A DNA stretch of 64,000 nucleotides from Kiritimatiellia bacterium (GTDB taxonomy: Bacteria; Verrucomicrobiota; Kiritimatiellia; RFP12; JBMNHG01), in assembly GCA_050950285.1 (NCBI GenBank), contig JBMNHG010000011.1, forward strand, positions 186,001 to 250,000. The letters are read 5' to 3'. Positions 59,751 through 64,000 of the stretch are shown here, piece after piece; the first letter of the stretch is position 1; each line of letters starts with the position of its first letter. Under the pieces are notes generated by a model. It searched no databases. It was not told the DNA's origin and worked only from the letters and a program-made list of their open reading frames with translations. The translations under genes were made by a program, and so were the position numbers.

Positions 59751-61097
59751 ATGGCCAAAATCACCTTCATGGGCGCCGGTTCGACCATCTTCGCCCGCAA
59801 CATCATCGGCGACTGCATGCTCACCGAGTCGCTTCGCGATTCCACCGTCGCCCTGTACGACATCGACGCCACGCGCCTGCGCGAGAGCAAGCGCATTCTC
59901 GACACCCTCAACGCGAACATCAACCAGGGCCGCGCGAAGATTCGCGGCTACCTCGGCGAGCCCAACCGCCGCAAGGCGCTCCGTGGCGCCGATTTCGTGG
60001 TGAACGCCATCCAGGTGGGCGGGTACGATCCTTGCACCATCATCGACTTCGAGGTCCCCAAGAAGTACGGGCTCCGCCAGACCATCGCCGACACGCTCGG
60101 CATCGGCGGAATCTTCCGCACCCTCCGCACTCTTCCGGTCCTGCTCGATTTCGCGCACGACATGGAGGCGGTCTGCCCCGACGCGTGGATGCTCAACTAC
60201 TCGAACCCGATGGCCATGCTCACGGGCGGCGTGCTGCGCGGCTCGTCCATCCGGGCCGTCGGGCTCTGCCACTCCGTGCAAGGGTGCGCCGCGTCGCTGC
60301 TGCAGACGGTCGGCCTCGACAAGAAATACCCGCCGTCCGAAGTCACCCAGCATGTGGCCGGCATCAACCACATGGCCTGGCTGCTCCGCGTCGAGCACCG
60401 GAAGCGCGATTTGTACCCCGAGATCAAGCGCGCCGCCGCCGCGCTGCTTCGGAAGGCCCGCAAGACGGGCGATCCGAAGAAGTGCGCGAACCTCGTGCGC
60501 CTTGAGATGATGCTGCAGGTTGGCTACTACATCACCGAGAGTTCCGAGCACCTCGCCGAATACACCCCCCACTTCATCAAGGCGGCGCACCCCGGCCTCC
60601 TCTCCGAGTTCAACATCCCGCTCGACGAATATCCGCGCCGCTGCATCGCGCAGATCGAAGAGTGGAAGACGATGAGCAAGGAGATGGTGGGAGATCCCCA
60701 TCTCACCCATCGGCGCACGGGCGAATACGGTTCCTACATCATGGAATCGATGGAAACCGGCAAGCCCGCGCAAATCGGCGGGAACGTCCTGAACCGCGGC
60801 CTCATCCCCAACCTCCCGCCTCTCGCCTGCGTGGAGGTGCCGTGCCTGGTGGACGCCAACGGCGTGCAGGGGTGCTACGTGGGCGACCTCCCCGAGCCTT
60901 GCGCCGCCTACAACCGCACGAACATCAACGTGCAGCTCCTGGCCATCGAAGCCGTGCTGGAACGCCGCCGCGACCGCATCTACCAGGCCGCCCTGCTCGA
61001 TCCGCACACTGCCGCCGAGCTCACGATCGACCAGATCCGCAACCTCTGCGACGACCTCATCGAGGCCCACGGCGACTGGATGCCGACGTTCCGGTAG
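59751..61097 (+). CDS. melA: Family 4 glycoside hydrolase (alpha-galactosidase-like)
   Basis: KITFMGAGSTIF, QTIADTLGIGG, LNYSNPMA, VGLCHSVQ, AGINHMAW and TESSEH motifs. Confidence 0.88.
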   Translation: MAKITFMGAGSTIFARNIIGDCMLTESLRDSTVALYDIDATRLRESKRILDTLNANINQGRAKIRGYLGEPNRRKALRGADFVVNAIQVGGYDPCTIIDFEVPKKYGLRQTIADTLGIGGIFRTLRTLPVLLDFAHDMEAVCPDAWMLNYSNPMAMLTGGVLRGSSIRAVGLCHSVQGCAASLLQTVGLDKKYPPSEVTQHVAGINHMAWLLRVEHRKRDLYPEIKRAAAALLRKARKTGDPKKCANLVRLEMMLQVGYYITESSEHLAEYTPHFIKAAHPGLLSEFNIPLDEYPRRCIAQIEEWKTMSKEMVGDPHLTHRRTGEYGSYIMESMETGKPAQIGGNVLNRGLIPNLPPLACVEVPCLVDANGVQGCYVGDLPEPCAAYNRTNINVQLLAIEAVLERRRDRIYQAALLDPHTAAELTIDQIRNLCDDLIEAHGDWMPTFR

Positions 61098-61118
61098 GCC
61101 GCCGGATTCCGCCCGGCG

Positions 61119-62306
61119 TCACCCGCCTGTCCCGACGGCGCGGAATTCCACGCCGTCGAGGCGGAGACCGTCGCAGCAGATGGCCTGGAAGGGCTCCGGG
61201 TCGGGTGTTTCCACCTGCACATCGTGGAACGCCATGCCCTGGACGGGCGTGGCGGGCGTGCCTTGAAGCCGGATTCCGCGCTTCCCGCGGAAGCGGCAGT
61301 GGGAGAAGCGCATCCCCCCGAGCCGGCGGAGGGCGAACCCTTCCCACAGGTCGATCCGGACGGGGTGTCCCCCGCTGTCGATGGCGACGTTGTCGAAGGC
61401 GATGTCGCTCACGTCGAGCGGTCCTTCGGTGGTGAAGCACGAGGGGACGTAGCGCTGCGGGTTCTGGGTGGCGACGCCGTTCCCGCGGCAGGTGACGACC
61501 AGGTTCGAGAACCGGGCATGGCGGATGATGCCGTCGCCGGGGCATCCGATGCGCACGCCCTGGCACCAGCTGTCCAGGACGCAGTTCGCGACGACGATGT
61601 TCTCGCAGGCGTCCGTCCGGTTTCCGCCGGTGCGGCAGAAGCCGAGGTTGCGGAGCACGAGGCAGTCGTCGCCCGTGCGGAAGAGGCTGTCGGAGACGGT
61701 CACGTCGCGGCAGGCGTCGAAGTCGATGCCGTCGTTGTTGATCATGCGCTGGTCGCCTTGGACGCGGATGCCGCGCACGGCCACCTGTTCGCAGCAGATC
61801 AGCCAGAAGGTCCAGCAGGGGGAATCGACGAACGAGGCGTCGGCGAAACGCACGCGGCGGCACCGGTACATCATCACGAGGCGCGGGCGGGGCGTGGGGG
61901 GCTTGCGGTAGAAGCATCCGCCCCAGGAGGTGTCGGAGGTGTCGTAGAAGGCGGGACCGGCGCCGTTGATCTCGCCGGGTCCGGTGATGGCGATGTCTTC
62001 GGCGTCGGTCGCGCGCACGAGGCACTGCGTGCACCCTTCGGTGGTGGTGGGGAGGAAGGCGAGATCCGGTGCGCCGAAGGATTCGTAGTGCGCGAGATCC
62101 GTGCTTCCCTGCAGGCGGCATCCCGGGGCGAGATGCAGTTCGACATGGCTTCGGAGGGTGAGGGTGCCGGTGAGGAAGACGCCTGCGGGGCACGCCACGC
62201 GGCCGCCGCCCGCTGCGGACACGGCGTCGATCGCGGCCTGGAGGGCCTTCGTGCAGAGCGTCTTGCCGTCTGCGACGGCGCCGAAGTCGAGGGGGGAAAC
62301 GTCCAT
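61119..62306 (-). CDS. GH28/pectin-lyase-fold glycoside hydrolase
   Basis: DFGAVADGKTLCTKALQAAID, G.FLTGTL, SPCWT, NNDGID and GDDC motifs. Confidence 0.85.
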   Translation of the reverse strand: MDVSPLDFGAVADGKTLCTKALQAAIDAVSAAGGGRVACPAGVFLTGTLTLRSHVELHLAPGCRLQGSTDLAHYESFGAPDLAFLPTTTEGCTQCLVRATDAEDIAITGPGEINGAGPAFYDTSDTSWGGCFYRKPPTPRPRLVMMYRCRRVRFADASFVDSPCWTFWLICCEQVAVRGIRVQGDQRMINNDGIDFDACRDVTVSDSLFRTGDDCLVLRNLGFCRTGGNRTDACENIVVANCVLDSWCQGVRIGCPGDGIIRHARFSNLVVTCRGNGVATQNPQRYVPSCFTTEGPLDVSDIAFDNVAIDSGGHPVRIDLWEGFALRRLGGMRFSHCRFRGKRGIRLQGTPATPVQGMAFHDVQVETPDPEPFQAICCDGLRLDGVEFRAVGTGG

Positions 62307-62353
62307 GGTGAATTCTCCTGGAGGGGGCGGATGGGAAGGTTCCGTGCGGCGGC

Positions 62354-63553
62354 TCACGCGGGATCGTCCCGGGAGGGAGGCAGGGTGTCCGCCCGGCGGA
62401 GGCTGTCGGGGCCGAGCCGCTTCCGGATGTCGTCGATGGCGTGGGAGAGGGTTTCCTGCCGTTCACGGTCCGGGGCGGGGTCGTCGAAGAGGGTCATTTG
62501 CTCGCACCGGTCGTCCACGAGACCGGCGACGCCGAAGCCGATCAACCGCACGGGTTTCGGCTTGGGTTCCGCGTCGAAGAGGGCGAAGGCCGCTTCGCGC
62601 AGGGAATGGTCGTCGCAGGCTGGCGGGGAGAGCGGGCATTGCCGGGTGATGGTTTTGAAATCGGCCCAGCGGAGTTTGATGCGTGCGAGTCCGGCATAGC
62701 GTCCGTCGTTGCGGAGGCGCGCGCCCACGCTGTCCACGAGCGCGGCGAGGGCGCGCCGCACGCGGGCGATGTCGGAGACGTCGCGGAGGAAGGTGTGTTC
62801 GCGGGAAAGGCTTTGTTCGACGGTGTCGGGGGCGAGTTCGCGGGGGTCGTCGCCGAAGGCCAGCTTGAGGAGGTGGCCGGCCGTGTGGGCGCCCACCTGG
62901 GAGGCGAGGCGGACGGCGTCGGCGCGCTGGAGGTCGCCGATGGTCCGGTAGCCGTGCCTGTGGAGCGACTCTTGGAGGACGCGCCCCACGCCCCAGATCT
63001 TGCCGGCCGGGAGGGGGGCCAGGAAGGCGGCGATGGCGGCCCGCCCTTCGGGGACGACGGTGAGGCCGTCCGGTTTGTCGAGCTCGCTGGCGAGTTTCGC
63101 GAGGAACATGTTGCAGGCGACGCCGATGGACGCCGTGAGGCGGAGTTCGTCCCGGATCGCGGCGCGGATGCGCCGGGCGATTTCGGGACCGTCGCCGAAG
63201 AGCCGCCCTGCGCCGGACACATCCAGGAAGGCTTCGTCCACGGACACCTGTTCCACGAGCGGCGTGAAGCGTTCGAGGATTTCCATCACCTGGCGCGAGA
63301 CGGCGGCATAGCGCGCCATGTCCGGCGGGAGGAAGATGCCGTGCGGGCAGCGGGCATAGGCTTCGCGCGAAGGCATGGCGGAGCGCACGCCGAACGCCCG
63401 CGCCTCGTAGGAGCAGGTCGAGACCACGCCACGCTGGTCGGGCGGAGCCCCTACGATCACGGGCTTCCCGCGAAGTCCGGGACGGTCGCGTTGCTCCACG
63501 GCCGCGAAGAATGCGTCCATGTCCACGTGCAGGATGATCCGTCTGGAATCCAT
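62354..63553 (-). CDS. dinB: DNA polymerase IV
   Basis: ILHVDMDAFFAAVE, SYEARAFGVRSAMP, SVDEAFLD, LAKLASE..KPDG and VRLIG motifs. Confidence 0.96.
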   Translation of the reverse strand: MDSRRIILHVDMDAFFAAVEQRDRPGLRGKPVIVGAPPDQRGVVSTCSYEARAFGVRSAMPSREAYARCPHGIFLPPDMARYAAVSRQVMEILERFTPLVEQVSVDEAFLDVSGAGRLFGDGPEIARRIRAAIRDELRLTASIGVACNMFLAKLASELDKPDGLTVVPEGRAAIAAFLAPLPAGKIWGVGRVLQESLHRHGYRTIGDLQRADAVRLASQVGAHTAGHLLKLAFGDDPRELAPDTVEQSLSREHTFLRDVSDIARVRRALAALVDSVGARLRNDGRYAGLARIKLRWADFKTITRQCPLSPPACDDHSLREAAFALFDAEPKPKPVRLIGFGVAGLVDDRCEQMTLFDDPAPDRERQETLSHAIDDIRKRLGPDSLRRADTLPPSRDDPA

Positions 63554-63624
63554 GTTGGAAGGGGCGGCGGAGGCGAAGGGAACGGTGGAAGGCGCGGCGC
63601 GCCGCGGAAGAGCCGGGCGTCGGC

Positions 63625-64000
63625 CTAGTCCGTCTCGCTCGGCGGGACGGCGGGCGGCGGCGGCGGGGCGGGCGGTCCGGCGGCGTCCGACCAGTCGACG
63701 CGCCAGGCGGGGCGGCGGCGGAAGGGCGCATGGAAGGTGTTTTCGACGGCTCCGCGCGCCTCCATGGCCATCATGCAGGCGCGGGTGCACCCGCGCGCGC
63801 CGCACACGGCCTGCCCGGTGTTGTAGAGGTTGCGCGGCTTCTTGAAGAAGGGGCTCCACCAGCCGGGCTTGGTGCGATGGCCGAGGCAGAGGTTGTCCGT
63901 GTAGTCGGGCCGGCCGTCGTCGGCCGTCTTGAAATCGGCTCCGCGGAAGCAGACGTCGCAGCGCTCCATGTCCACATCCGCCCATTCCACGTCGTAGCCG
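63625..64000 (-). CDS. C-terminal part of a Cys-containing (probably 4Fe-4S, QueG-like) protein, partial
   Basis: WADVDMERCDVCF...VCGARGCTRACM; ORF is open at the window edge. Confidence 0.45.
   Translation of the reverse strand, partial: GYDVEWADVDMERCDVCFRGADFKTADDGRPDYTDNLCLGHRTKPGWWSPFFKKPRNLYNTGQAVCGARGCTRACMMAMEARGAVENTFHAPFRRRPAWRVDWSDAAGPPAPPPPPAVPPSETD

Overview
High-GC bacterial chromosome segment. It probably comes from the PVC superphylum (Kiritimatiellota/Lentisphaerota-like); this is an inference from gene content (mcsA-mcsB-clpC without ctsR, MoxR/DUF58, LPS heptose genes, metX-metW fusion, GH4/GH28, REP types). Most of the window is housekeeping or envelope genes: hldE end, gmhB, MoxR-DUF58, tRNA-Leu, obgE-rpmA-rplU, thrS-infC (AUC start), a TetR-regulated RND efflux operon with a PII-like partner, a Ktr/Trk pair, tRNA-Tyr, an amino-acid ABC transporter, an LPS-kinase/glycoside-hydrolase fusion, purM with a histone-H1-like tail, asnB, cysE, metXW, xseB, folE, a DsbD-like gene, DUF2339 (frameshifted), a DEAD-box helicase, PMM/PGM, mcsA-mcsB-clpC, GH4, GH28 and dinB. 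The most unusual part is 50.6-55.1 kb. It holds an intact IS1380-family element (TIRs plus 5-bp TSD), an AT-richer orphan lipoprotein gene, and a 2-kb apparently non-coding tandem array of 559-bp units (about 3.6 copies). Each unit is a mosaic of REP-like hairpins around a 154-bp TIR-bounded MITE-like element, and the array ends at that element's terminal repeat. Several genes have sigma70 promoters 6-9 nt from the ATG, which suggests leaderless mRNAs, and there are two candidate structured RNAs between metX and xseB. All calls come from motif recognition by eye; no database searches were run.
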